Shown here: one piece after another, positions 56,237-64,000 of the stretch
How positions within the stretch are numbered: position 1 is the first letter of the stretch
Layout: the number at the start of each line of letters is the position of its first letter
From: Desulfitobacteriaceae bacterium
Lineage (GTDB): Bacteria; Bacillota; Desulfitobacteriia; Desulfitobacteriales; Desulfitobacteriaceae
NCBI GenBank assembly: GCA_028704155.1
Contig: JAQVLN010000001.1
Location: 23 to 64,022 of the forward strand
DNA length: 64,000 nt
Direction: 5' to 3'
Notes under the pieces: generated by a model
Database searches by the model: none
What the model was told of the DNA's origin: nothing
What the model saw: only the letters and a program-made list of their open reading frames with translations
Position numbers and translations under genes: made by a program

Positions 56237-57583
56237 TTAATTTTTAATTTTCCGGATAAGTTCATTTATTTTCTTTTCTAAGAATGGATCCTTTTTAAGA
56301 TTATCAGCTATTTTATCGTGTGCATGAATAACTGTTGTATGATCACGACCGCCAAATTCTTCACCAATTTTTAGCAGGGAAAGATCAGTTAGGCAGCGGC
56401 AAAGATACATTGCAATCTGCCGGGGAAAAGCTATTGCCTGGGTTCTTTTTTTAGCCTTTAAATCATTGAGAGAAAGATTAAAGTATTCGGATACTATTTT
56501 TTGAATTAAATCTATTGTAATTTGTTTAGATGAATTCATAGGTAAAATATCTTTTAAGGCAGCATAGGCAATTTCTGTAGTTATAGGACTGGAAGTAAGA
56601 GAAGCATAAGCCATTACCCTTATCAAGGCTCCTTCCAATTCCCGAATATTTGAGTTAATCTTATCTGCAATAAATACGAGGACATTACCGGGTACAGGGA
56701 GATTTTCCAGTTGTGCTTTTTTGCCTAAAATAGCTATGCGGGTTTCCAAATCAGGAGGTTGAATATCTGTAATTAAGCCCCATTCAAAACGTGAACGCAG
56801 TCGATCCTCAAGGGTTGGAATTTCTTTAGGAGGTCTGTCTGAAGAAATAATAATTTGTTTATTAGATTCATGAAGATGATTAAAAGTATGAAAAAATTCT
56901 TCTTGGGTAGCTTCTTTACCTGCTAAAAACTGAATATCATCAATTAGTAAAACATCGACGTTACGGTAGTTATTACGGAAACCAATGGGATTTTCATCAC
57001 GTATTGATTCGATTAATTCATTTGTGAATTTTTCACTTGAAACATAGAGAACCTTGGTTTGTGGCGATTGTTGGAGAATGTAATGCCCAATTGCATGCAT
57101 TAAATGAGTTTTACCTAATCCAACTCCGCCGTATATAAACAAGGGATTATAAGATTTAGCAGGAGATTCAGCAACTGCTAAACAGGCAGCGTGGGCAAAT
57201 CTATTGCTGTTTCCAATAACAAAAGTATCAAATGTATATTTATTATTCAGGAAATTTGTTACGGTAGTCGTTTTGTGTACAAGAGGTACATGAGAAGATG
57301 TCTCCTGATATTGTTTTTCTCCTGTGAGGGAAATTACAAATTTCAAATCTTTAGGCTGTCCCATTACAGATTGCACAACAGAACGGATTAAAGAGGCATA
57401 GCGGCTTTCCAGCCAGTCTTTGGCAAATTCATTGTGGACCTTTATTAACAAAACATCGCCATTGATTTGGAGGAGTTTAGTTGAACTTAACCATGTTTTA
57501 AAACTTGGTTTTGAAATTTGACTTTCTAATTTATCCAGAATTTCCTTCCAAAGCGAATCTAGAGATGAGGTTTTTGGTAACAA
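56237..57583 (-). CDS. dnaA: chromosomal replication initiator protein DnaA
   Basis: 448 aa; Walker [16 protein letters not shown], sensor/box VII region, C-terminal DNA-binding domain (...[12 protein letters not shown]). TTG start with AAGGAGGG 7 nt upstream. Confidence 0.97.
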   Translation of the reverse strand: MLPKTSSLDSLWKEILDKLESQISKPSFKTWLSSTKLLQINGDVLLIKVHNEFAKDWLESRYASLIRSVVQSVMGQPKDLKFVISLTGEKQYQETSSHVPLVHKTTTVTNFLNNKYTFDTFVIGNSNRFAHAACLAVAESPAKSYNPLFIYGGVGLGKTHLMHAIGHYILQQSPQTKVLYVSSEKFTNELIESIRDENPIGFRNNYRNVDVLLIDDIQFLAGKEATQEEFFHTFNHLHESNKQIIISSDRPPKEIPTLEDRLRSRFEWGLITDIQPPDLETRIAILGKKAQLENLPVPGNVLVFIADKINSNIRELEGALIRVMAYASLTSSPITTEIAYAALKDILPMNSSKQITIDLIQKIVSEYFNLSLNDLKAKKRTQAIAFPRQIAMYLCRCLTDLSLLKIGEEFGGRDHTTVIHAHDKIADNLKKDPFLEKKINELIRKIKN

Positions 57584-57628
57584 GATTAAACCCTCCTTGG
57601 CTAAGTATTAAAAAGAAGAAATAAAAAG

Positions 57629-57695
57629 TTATACACAAACTTATAAACATTTGTGAATAACTTAATCTGATTATTGATGTGGATAATGTGAATAA
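57629..57695. promoter_or_regulatory. oriC upstream DnaA-box cluster
   Basis: Boxes: TTATACACA 57629-57637 (1 mismatch), TGTGAATAA 57652-57660 (1 mismatch), TGTGGATAA 57678-57686 (perfect), directly abutting TGTGAATAA 57687-57695. A weaker TTATAAACA lies at 57641-57649. Confidence 0.7.
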
Positions 57696-57844
57696 TATGA
57701 TATAGTTCAAAAAAAATTATCTTGTGTAAATATAATATCAATTTTTTATAAGGTAATCAACAAGAGGCAAAATTGTTTTTTGGAATCCATGTAATGGTTT
57801 GCCTGGTTCCATTTAAACAAAAATAAGTTAATCAAATAGTAACC

Positions 57845-57873
57845 TTGACAGATTTTTAACAACTAGATATAAT
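57845..57873 (+). promoter_or_regulatory. consensus sigma-A promoter of rpmH operon
   Basis: TTGACA (57845-57850), exactly 17 nt, TATAAT (57868-57873), 46 nt upstream of the rpmH ATG. Confidence 0.75.
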
Positions 57874-57919
57874 TCTTTAGGAATATATTGTTCGTTTGTT
57901 TTATAAGGAGGTTAGTTTT

Positions 57920-58054
57920 ATGAAGAGAACATATCAACCGAAAAATCGGCGTCATAAACGTGTTCATGGGTTTCTAAGTCGTATGAGTACACCTGCCGGA
58001 CAAAATATTTTAAAGCGCCGTCGCTTAAAAGGAAGAAAAAAACTATCAGCTTAA
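57920..58054 (+). CDS. rpmH: 50S ribosomal protein L34
   Basis: Not in the track because it is only 44 aa: [51 protein letters not shown] lies 9 nt upstream. Confidence 0.95.
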   Translation: MKRTYQPKNRRHKRVHGFLSRMSTPAGQNILKRRRLKGRKKLSA

Positions 58055-58079
58055 GGCCGCAGTTTGTGGCCTTTTTTAT
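58053..58079 (+). terminator. hairpin/T-run after rpmH (partial terminator)
   Basis: AAGGCC...GGCCTT stem followed by TTTTTATA, overlapping the rpmH stop. Confidence 0.5.
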
Positions 58080-58167
58080 ACTGTTAGATAACTTTTGTAA
58101 AAAGGTTTAATAATCCTGTTATGAGAAAGAATATATTTTGTGACTTCAATTAAACAACGGAGGGATT

Positions 58168-58521
58168 ATGATTCCCAGGAATTTTAAATTAAAAAAAAAT
58201 GAATTTAAAAAAATTTTTGAAGCTGGTAAAAGTTATCCTGGGAAATACGTAGTATTGGTAATTCTAAAAAGTTCGGATGAAAAAAAAGTTGGTTTTATTG
58301 CTTCTAAAAAAGTAGGTAACGCTGTAGAAAGGAATAGGGCTCGGCGTTTAATACGTGAGGTAATACGTTTAAATATTTCACATATAATTGAAGGTACTCA
58401 AATAATTTGTATTGCGAGGGCAACAATAAAAGGAGCTTGTTATACTGATGTCGAAAAATCTATATTGCAATCATTAAAAAGAAGTAAAACATTTGACAAT
58501 AAATATGAAAACAATGATTAA
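58168..58521 (+). CDS. rnpA: ribonuclease P protein component
   Basis: 117 aa; L.K..EF..IF..GK...G..VVL...[18 protein letters not shown]. Confidence 0.92.
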   Translation: MIPRNFKLKKNEFKKIFEAGKSYPGKYVVLVILKSSDEKKVGFIASKKVGNAVERNRARRLIREVIRLNISHIIEGTQIICIARATIKGACYTDVEKSILQSLKRSKTFDNKYENND

Positions 58522-58720
58522 GGGAATAATTATTTTAATTCGTCTTTATCAAAAATATATTTCACCTCTAAAAAAGCCGTCTTGTAGATTCTTTCCTACT
58601 TGTTCCGAGTATATGGTTCAAGCTTTAATAAAATATGGTTTTTTTAAAGGTATAGGTAAATCGATTATCAGGATTATGAAATGTCAACCATTTCATCCTG
58701 GAGGACATGATCCTATTTGA
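58505..58720 (+). CDS. yidD: membrane protein insertion efficiency factor YidD
   Basis: LI.LYQ..ISPL...SCRF.PTCSEY...A....G..KG......RI.KC.PFHPGG.DP. It overlaps the rnpA end (alternative TTG start at 58493). Confidence 0.9.
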   Translation: MKTMIKGIIILIRLYQKYISPLKKPSCRFFPTCSEYMVQALIKYGFFKGIGKSIIRIMKCQPFHPGGHDPI

Positions 58721-58738
58721 GGAGGGCTTTTGTAAAAT

Positions 58739-59407
58739 ATGTTAAGTTCTATTGAAGAGTTAATGAGGATGCTTTTAAATTGGTTATTTGTTCTAAGCTC
58801 ATCAATTGGCCTTCCTTATTATGGTGTAGCGATAATTTTACTAACAATTATAATTAAGATGTTGCTTTATCCTTTAACCTGGAAGCAAATGAAGTCAATG
58901 AGAAAAATTTCCGATCTTAACCCTAAAATTAAAGAAATTCAAAAAAAATATAAAAATCAACCTGATAAAGCAAATGCTGCAGTTATGGAAATGTATAAAA
59001 AGCATAATGCGAATCCTATGGGTGGATGTTTACCATTATTGGTTCAGTTACCAATTTTCTGGGCGTTGTATAAAACTTTATATAATTTTAATATTGATTC
59101 TTCACAAGCTTATTTTCTCTGGTTTGATCTAACCCAAAAATGTGGCGTTAGCAATGATTTATTTATATTACCGATTTTAGCAGCTGTTACTATTTATTTA
59201 CAAACGAAAGTTTCCAGCACGATGGTTGCGAATGATCCGACTCAAAAAACAATGCTCTATATTATGCCTCTTATTTTTGGGTATTTTGCTTCCACTGTAC
59301 CTGCAGGATTGTCTTTATATTGGGTAACTATGAATTGCGTTACTATTTTACAGCAATTATATATTAATAAAAAATTAGCTAAGGAAAAGATTGCTGAAAC
59401 TGCATAG
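58739..59407 (+). CDS. yidC: membrane protein insertase YidC/SpoIIIJ
   Basis: 222 aa; YG.AIILLTIIIK..LYPLT.KQ..SM.K...L.P....IQ.KYK...MYKKH..NP..GCLP.L.Q.PIF.ALY. Confidence 0.92.
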   Translation: MLSSIEELMRMLLNWLFVLSSSIGLPYYGVAIILLTIIIKMLLYPLTWKQMKSMRKISDLNPKIKEIQKKYKNQPDKANAAVMEMYKKHNANPMGGCLPLLVQLPIFWALYKTLYNFNIDSSQAYFLWFDLTQKCGVSNDLFILPILAAVTIYLQTKVSSTMVANDPTQKTMLYIMPLIFGYFASTVPAGLSLYWVTMNCVTILQQLYINKKLAKEKIAETA

Positions 59408-59442
59408 AAACATGGAAGAGCAGGGGGAGGTTTCAATTAGAT

Positions 59443-60081
59443 ATGAAGGTAATCGAGAATACCGGTAAAACTGTTGAGGATGCTATATCTGCCGGTTTAC
59501 GAGAACTGGGTGTTGAAAGAAATAAGGTAAAAATTGAAATTTTAGAGAAGCCTGTTAAAAAGGGAATATTTGGTATTTTAGGTACCAGTTTGGCTCGGGT
59601 GAGAGTTACCTATGAAGACAAGCCGGGAGATTTAGCGTGTACATTTATAAAAGAAATATGCCGGTGTATGAAAGTAGAAGCTGATTTTCAAGTTACACAA
59701 AGAAATGAACATTGGTATGTTGATATTACCGGATCAGAGCTTGGAATTTTAATTGGTCGTAGGGGAGATACACTTGAAGCTTTACAGTACTTGACTAATC
59801 TCGCAGTTGCCAGGAAGTTATCTGTAAGAGTAAGGATTATTGTTGATGTTGAAAGCTATAGACGGCGGCGGGAGGAAACCTTGGTACGATTAGCCCAACG
59901 TCTTGCTGATAAAGTAAAAAGAACCGGAACACGTGTTGTACTGGAACCTATGAATCCTCATGAAAGAAGAATTATCCACACGGCTTTACAAGAGGACATG
60001 CGTATTTTGACTTTCAGTGAAGGTGAAGATCTCAACCGGAAAGTAGTGATTTCTTTGAAAAGAAGCAGAGATATTTCATGA
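59443..60081 (+). CDS. jag: Jag/KhpB RNA-binding protein (Jag_N, KH, R3H domains)
   Basis: 212 aa; G.TVE.AI..GL..L N-terminus, KH GxxG (IGRRGDTL.ALQYL), R3H (ERRIIHTAL). Confidence 0.9.
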   Translation: MKVIENTGKTVEDAISAGLRELGVERNKVKIEILEKPVKKGIFGILGTSLARVRVTYEDKPGDLACTFIKEICRCMKVEADFQVTQRNEHWYVDITGSELGILIGRRGDTLEALQYLTNLAVARKLSVRVRIIVDVESYRRRREETLVRLAQRLADKVKRTGTRVVLEPMNPHERRIIHTALQEDMRILTFSEGEDLNRKVVISLKRSRDIS

Positions 60082-60083
60082 AA

Positions 60084-60105
60084 ATGAGGGAAATACCCCT
60101 CTTTT
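60084..60105 (+). terminator. weak terminator after jag
   Basis: GAGGG/CCCTC short stem followed by a T6 run, starting 3 nt after the jag stop. Confidence 0.4.
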
Positions 60106-60235
60106 TTACATTATCAAAACTAATTTTATAATTTGGTAATTAATTTTAGTATAATGAAATTAAGTTTTCTTAACACTATTCTGGATCGAGATTGGTTTTA
60201 TAATATTTTGTCTTAAATAATGGAGATGGTTTTAG

Positions 60236-61597
60236 ATGGATGATACAATTATTGCTTTGGCTACAGCAGTAGGTGAAGCAAGTATTCATGTCATACGTCT
60301 TAGTGGTATGGGTGCCCGTGATATTGTTGAGAAGTTTTTCAGGCCGAAAAATCTGAAGAGATGGGATAGTAAAGAAAACTTTACCTTGCATTTGGGAATT
60401 TTCCTGGACAAAAATAATATTAGTGATCAAGTTCTCGTTGGCAGAATGCTGGCACCGGGTTCTTATACTGGCGAAGATGTCTATGAAATAAATTGTCATG
60501 GTGGACCTTTGATAACTCAGAATATTTTGGAAAGCTGCTTAAAAGCTGGAGCTAGGTTAGCTCAACCTGGGGAATTTTCCAAAAGGGCATTTTTAAACGG
60601 AAAAATGGATTTGATACAAGCTGAGGCTGTTGTGGATCTGATTAGTGCCCGTACTAACAATGCTGCTAAGCTGGCTTTTACCCAGCTCAATGGAAAATTA
60701 TCAGACAAGATTTCAAATTTGCGCGGAAAATTGTTGGATATTTTGGCTTTTATCGAAGCAGGCATTGATTTTCCGGAAGATGATGTAGAAGATCTGGACC
60801 GAATTAGCTTGGAAAAAAATATTGAAGACGCATTGCAAAGTGTTGAAAAATTAATTACAGACAGTAAGACTGGTAAAATTTTATGTGAAGGATTGAAAAC
60901 AATAATTGTGGGTAAACCGAATGTAGGAAAATCCAGTTTACTGAATGCTATACTTAAAGAAGACAGAGCGATTGTTACCAATATTCCAGGAACTACGCGA
61001 GATGAAATCAGGGAATCAATTATTTTTGCCGGCATACTGATGCAGCTTGTTGATACTGCAGGAATAAGAGCAAGTGAAGATCTGATTGAACAGATGGGTA
61101 TAGACAGGACTTGGCGGGCTCTGGAAAATGCGGATCTTATCCTGTTAGTTGTTGAAGCAGGATGTCCTTTGGAAAGTGACGACATAAGAATCATCCAAAA
61201 TTATGGCAGCAGAGTTATAGTTGTGGCCAATAAAATCGATCTGTTGGATCAGCCATTGTTAATAGAGCCTTTGAATGGAGAAGCTTGGATACCATTATCG
61301 GTAACCTATTATAAGGGTTTTGACTGCCTGGAGCAAGAAATTAAAACCAGGGTGTTCAGCGGAGATCTGAATTGTCTGAATGAACCTTTGTTATCTAATG
61401 TAAGGCAAATTTCTGCTTTGGAAAAATCAGGAAAAGTATTATCAGATGCTTCTCAGGCACTGGAAAATGGTTTTCCTTGGGATATAATTTCGATTGATAT
61501 TCGTAAAGCTCTGCAATATGTTTCTGAAGTGACTGGTGATAATGTGCAGGAAGATTTATTAGAAACTATTTTTTCCAGATTTTGCATTGGAAAGTAG
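60236..61597 (+). CDS. mnmE: tRNA modification GTPase MnmE
   Basis: 453 aa; DTI.A.AT..GE..I..IR.SG; G1 [12 protein letters not shown]; C-terminal FCIGK. Confidence 0.96.
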   Translation: MDDTIIALATAVGEASIHVIRLSGMGARDIVEKFFRPKNLKRWDSKENFTLHLGIFLDKNNISDQVLVGRMLAPGSYTGEDVYEINCHGGPLITQNILESCLKAGARLAQPGEFSKRAFLNGKMDLIQAEAVVDLISARTNNAAKLAFTQLNGKLSDKISNLRGKLLDILAFIEAGIDFPEDDVEDLDRISLEKNIEDALQSVEKLITDSKTGKILCEGLKTIIVGKPNVGKSSLLNAILKEDRAIVTNIPGTTRDEIRESIIFAGILMQLVDTAGIRASEDLIEQMGIDRTWRALENADLILLVVEAGCPLESDDIRIIQNYGSRVIVVANKIDLLDQPLLIEPLNGEAWIPLSVTYYKGFDCLEQEIKTRVFSGDLNCLNEPLLSNVRQISALEKSGKVLSDASQALENGFPWDIISIDIRKALQYVSEVTGDNVQEDLLETIFSRFCIGK

Positions 61598-63521
61598 GAT
61601 TAATGTGGATTTAGATGAGTACTTTGCCGGTAAATATGAAGTAATAGTGGTTGGGGCAGGGCATGCAGGTTGTGAAGCAGCATTGGCGGCAGCGCGGATG
61701 GGTTGTGATACTCTTTTGATCACCTTAAACTTAGATACAGTGGCCCATATGCCGTGTAATCCTTCTTTGGGAGGTCCTGCCAAAGGGCATCTTATTAGGG
61801 AAATTGATGCTCTAGGTGGACAAATGGCTATTGCCGGAGATGAAACATCAATACAAGTAAGAATGCTTAATATGGGTAAGGGACCTGCTGTTCAGGCTTT
61901 GCGTATTCAATCCGATAAAAATGCCTACCGTAATAGTATGCTTAATGCTATTTTAGCTCAACCGGGTTTGACTTTATTACAAGCTTTAGTAGAAAGACTG
62001 GTAACCAAAGGGGGTAAAGTTTGCGGAGTAGTAACTCGGACAGGTGCCAAATTTGAGAGTGAAAGTGTGGTTTTAACAAGCGGTACTTATTTAAAGGGTA
62101 AGATTATTATTGGTGCTGCAAAATACGAGGGCGGACCAAATGGTCAAATGCCTTCTGTTTCACTTTCAGATGAACTCAAAGAAATGGGAATTGAACTTGG
62201 GCGTTTTAAATCAGGAACACCTCCAAGAATCCATTGCCGAAATGTTGATTTTAAAAAATTTTTTATTCAACCTGGTGATACTAAAATTCGGAAACTTTCA
62301 TTTATGCCGATAAAAAGCAAATTTTGGCAGGATAAGGCAGAAAAACAAATACCTTGTTGGTTAGGGTATACAACCTGTGATACACATGAAATTATCAGAC
62401 AGAATCTTTATCGTGCTCCTATGTACAGCGGAGAGATCAAAGGAATTGGGCCCCGTTATTGTCCCTCTATTGAGGATAAAGTTGTCCGGTTCGCCCAAAG
62501 AGATTCACATCAAATATTCTTAGAACCGGAAGGTTGGGAAAGTGAAGAGTTTTATGTGGCAGGATTATCAACAAGTATGCCGGAAGAAGTGCAAATCGAG
62601 ATTTTACGAAGTATTCCCGGACTTGAAAGAGCGATAATGCTGCGTCCCGGATATGCAATTGAATACGATTATGTGAAGCCATATCAACTTTCATTGGGAT
62701 TGGAGGTCCGCAAGTATCCCGGATTATTTACTGCTGGACAACTTAATGGGACATCTGGTTATGAGGAAGCTGCAGCCCAGGGATTAATAGCCGGAATAAA
62801 TGCTGCCCGAAGGGTAAAGGAACTGGATTTTTTGATTATTCGGCGTTCGGAAGGATATATGGGAGTTTTATTAGATGATCTTATAAACAAGGGCATTAAG
62901 GAACCATATCGTCTGTTGACATCCAGGGCAGAATACAGATTAATATTGCGCCAGGATAATGCTGATTTACGTTTAACCGAAAAAGGCCGTGAAATTGGTT
63001 TAGTCGATGACTATAGATGGCAGCATTTTCAGGAAAAAGTTCAAAAGTTAAATAAACTTAGAAAATCATGGGGAACAACCATACTGTCCCCTCAACAGGA
63101 GGACTTGCAACTTGTCTTACAGGAGATAAACTCTACGCCTTTGAGAACTGGAATAAAAATTGGGGAATTACTCAGAAGACCGGAAATTTCCCTGGCCAAG
63201 ATCAGGGGAATTTTACCTGATCTTGGCGATTACAGTGAAGAGGTGCTGGAAGAGGCGGAAATAGAAATAAAGTATACAGGATATATACAAAAACAGCTGG
63301 CTGAAATTGATAGGTTTGGTAAATTGGAAGAAAAGAAGTTGTCCGCGGAAATTGACTATGCTCAGATAAGAGGGCTATCTACGGAAGGAAAGCTAAGATT
63401 GGCCGAGGTCCAACCCGGGAATATTGGACAAGCCTCACGCATAACGGGCGTTTCCCCCGCAGATATCTCAGTTTTGCTTGTTTATTTGGAACAGAAGCGG
63501 AGGACTGTGCAGAATGTTTGA
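61587..63521 (+). CDS. mnmG: tRNA uridine 5-carboxymethylaminomethyl modification enzyme MnmG
   Basis: [26 protein letters not shown] motif; about 640 aa. The start is either TTG 61587 (overlapping the mnmE stop) or GTG 61605. Confidence 0.95.
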   Translation: MESRINVDLDEYFAGKYEVIVVGAGHAGCEAALAAARMGCDTLLITLNLDTVAHMPCNPSLGGPAKGHLIREIDALGGQMAIAGDETSIQVRMLNMGKGPAVQALRIQSDKNAYRNSMLNAILAQPGLTLLQALVERLVTKGGKVCGVVTRTGAKFESESVVLTSGTYLKGKIIIGAAKYEGGPNGQMPSVSLSDELKEMGIELGRFKSGTPPRIHCRNVDFKKFFIQPGDTKIRKLSFMPIKSKFWQDKAEKQIPCWLGYTTCDTHEIIRQNLYRAPMYSGEIKGIGPRYCPSIEDKVVRFAQRDSHQIFLEPEGWESEEFYVAGLSTSMPEEVQIEILRSIPGLERAIMLRPGYAIEYDYVKPYQLSLGLEVRKYPGLFTAGQLNGTSGYEEAAAQGLIAGINAARRVKELDFLIIRRSEGYMGVLLDDLINKGIKEPYRLLTSRAEYRLILRQDNADLRLTEKGREIGLVDDYRWQHFQEKVQKLNKLRKSWGTTILSPQQEDLQLVLQEINSTPLRTGIKIGELLRRPEISLAKIRGILPDLGDYSEEVLEEAEIEIKYTGYIQKQLAEIDRFGKLEEKKLSAEIDYAQIRGLSTEGKLRLAEVQPGNIGQASRITGVSPADISVLLVYLEQKRRTVQNV

Positions 63522-64000
63522 TCAATGGGCTAGGGAAATTAAGAAATTAGTTATGAAAAATAACGGAATTATATTATCTGATCAACAACTAGCCCAATTT
63601 TGTCTTTATGGTGATTTGCTTTTAGAATGGAATAAAAAAATGAATCTTACCAGGATTGTTGACCCGCAGGAGATGATATTAAAGCATTTTTTAGACTCAC
63701 TGTCTATTAATCAATACTTAGATGGTTGTATAATAGCAGATATTGGTACTGGAGCAGGTTTTCCGGGAATTCCTTTAAAGATTGTACGGCAAGACCTGAA
63801 GCTTTATCTTGTTGATTCATTAAAGAAAAGAATTGAATTTCTCCGGGAAGTAATACTTCGGTTAGGTTTGAAAGAAGTGGAGATAATTCATGTTCGCGCT
63901 GAAGAAATGGGAAGAAACAGACTATATAGGGCTGGATTTGACATTGTAACGTCAAGAGCTGTTGCGAGACTTCCTGTCTTACTGGAATATACTATTCCTT
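63514..64000 (+). CDS. rsmG: 16S rRNA (guanine527-N7)-methyltransferase RsmG, 5' part (runs off window end)
   Basis: The ATG at 63514 overlaps the mnmG stop by 8 nt. Translation ...[12 protein letters not shown].....ILKHFLDSL...[17 protein letters not shown]... stays open to position 64000. Confidence 0.88.
   Translation, partial: MFDQWAREIKKLVMKNNGIILSDQQLAQFCLYGDLLLEWNKKMNLTRIVDPQEMILKHFLDSLSINQYLDGCIIADIGTGAGFPGIPLKIVRQDLKLYLVDSLKKRIEFLREVILRLGLKEVEIIHVRAEEMGRNRLYRAGFDIVTSRAVARLPVLLEYTIP

Noticed and set aside
59972-59980. Perfect DnaA box TTATCCACA inside jag
   Set aside because: It coincides with the codons for the conserved R3H motif (R-I-I-H-T: AGA ATT ATC CAC ACG). It is isolated, with no neighbouring boxes, so it is most simply a coding by-product. 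DnaA ChIP could revisit this.
60562-61194. 210-aa minus-strand ORF (and the 107-aa ORF at 60176-60499)
   Set aside because: Both are antisense to mnmE, which has strong family signatures. The products are Ser/Ile-rich and low in complexity. They are shadow ORFs.

Overview
This window is the replication-origin region of a spore-forming Firmicute (Bacillota). The mix of Clostridia-type and Bacillus-type markers is my inference; no database search was possible. oriC lies at about 56.0-57.9 kb and is bipartite. One DnaA-box cluster sits upstream of dnaA, and a DnaA box plus an AT-rich unwinding segment sit between dnaA and dnaN. Left of the origin, 57 CDS and 3 tRNAs are on the minus strand: dnaA-dnaN-recF-remB-gyrB-gyrA, pdxST-serS, a tRNA/tadA cluster, a small accessory islet, a SCIFF radical-SAM peptide locus, walJ-htrA, sleB-ypeB and argS. 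They continue with pyrG-spo0F-tal-glpX-rpmE, prfA-prmC-tsaC-ywlE-rpiB-glyA, mnaA, the complete F1Fo atp operon, murA-spoIID-spoIIID-mbl, a cell-envelope glycopolymer cluster and fabZ. Right of the origin everything is on the plus strand: rpmH-rnpA-yidD-yidC-jag-mnmE-mnmG-rsmG. Most of the window is ordinary core genome with strong Bacillus-like synteny, and I see no CRISPR array, transposase, prophage or recognisable defence system. Several items deserve a second look:
- an unannotated 46-aa SCIFF precursor next to its radical SAM/SPASM maturase;
- a 3' relic of rlmH;
- a ywlE-type phosphatase whose catalytic P-loop lies upstream of the first canonical start codon (a probable ATA start);
- the fine structure of oriC;
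- a roughly 3.9-kb islet abutting a tRNA-Ser 3' end, with unusually long structured non-coding DNA;
- an AT-rich envelope cluster inserted between mbl and fabZ;
- a Cys-rich orphan protein next to spo0F.

All family calls come from reading the translations by eye. Hairpin coordinates are accurate to about +/-2 nt.
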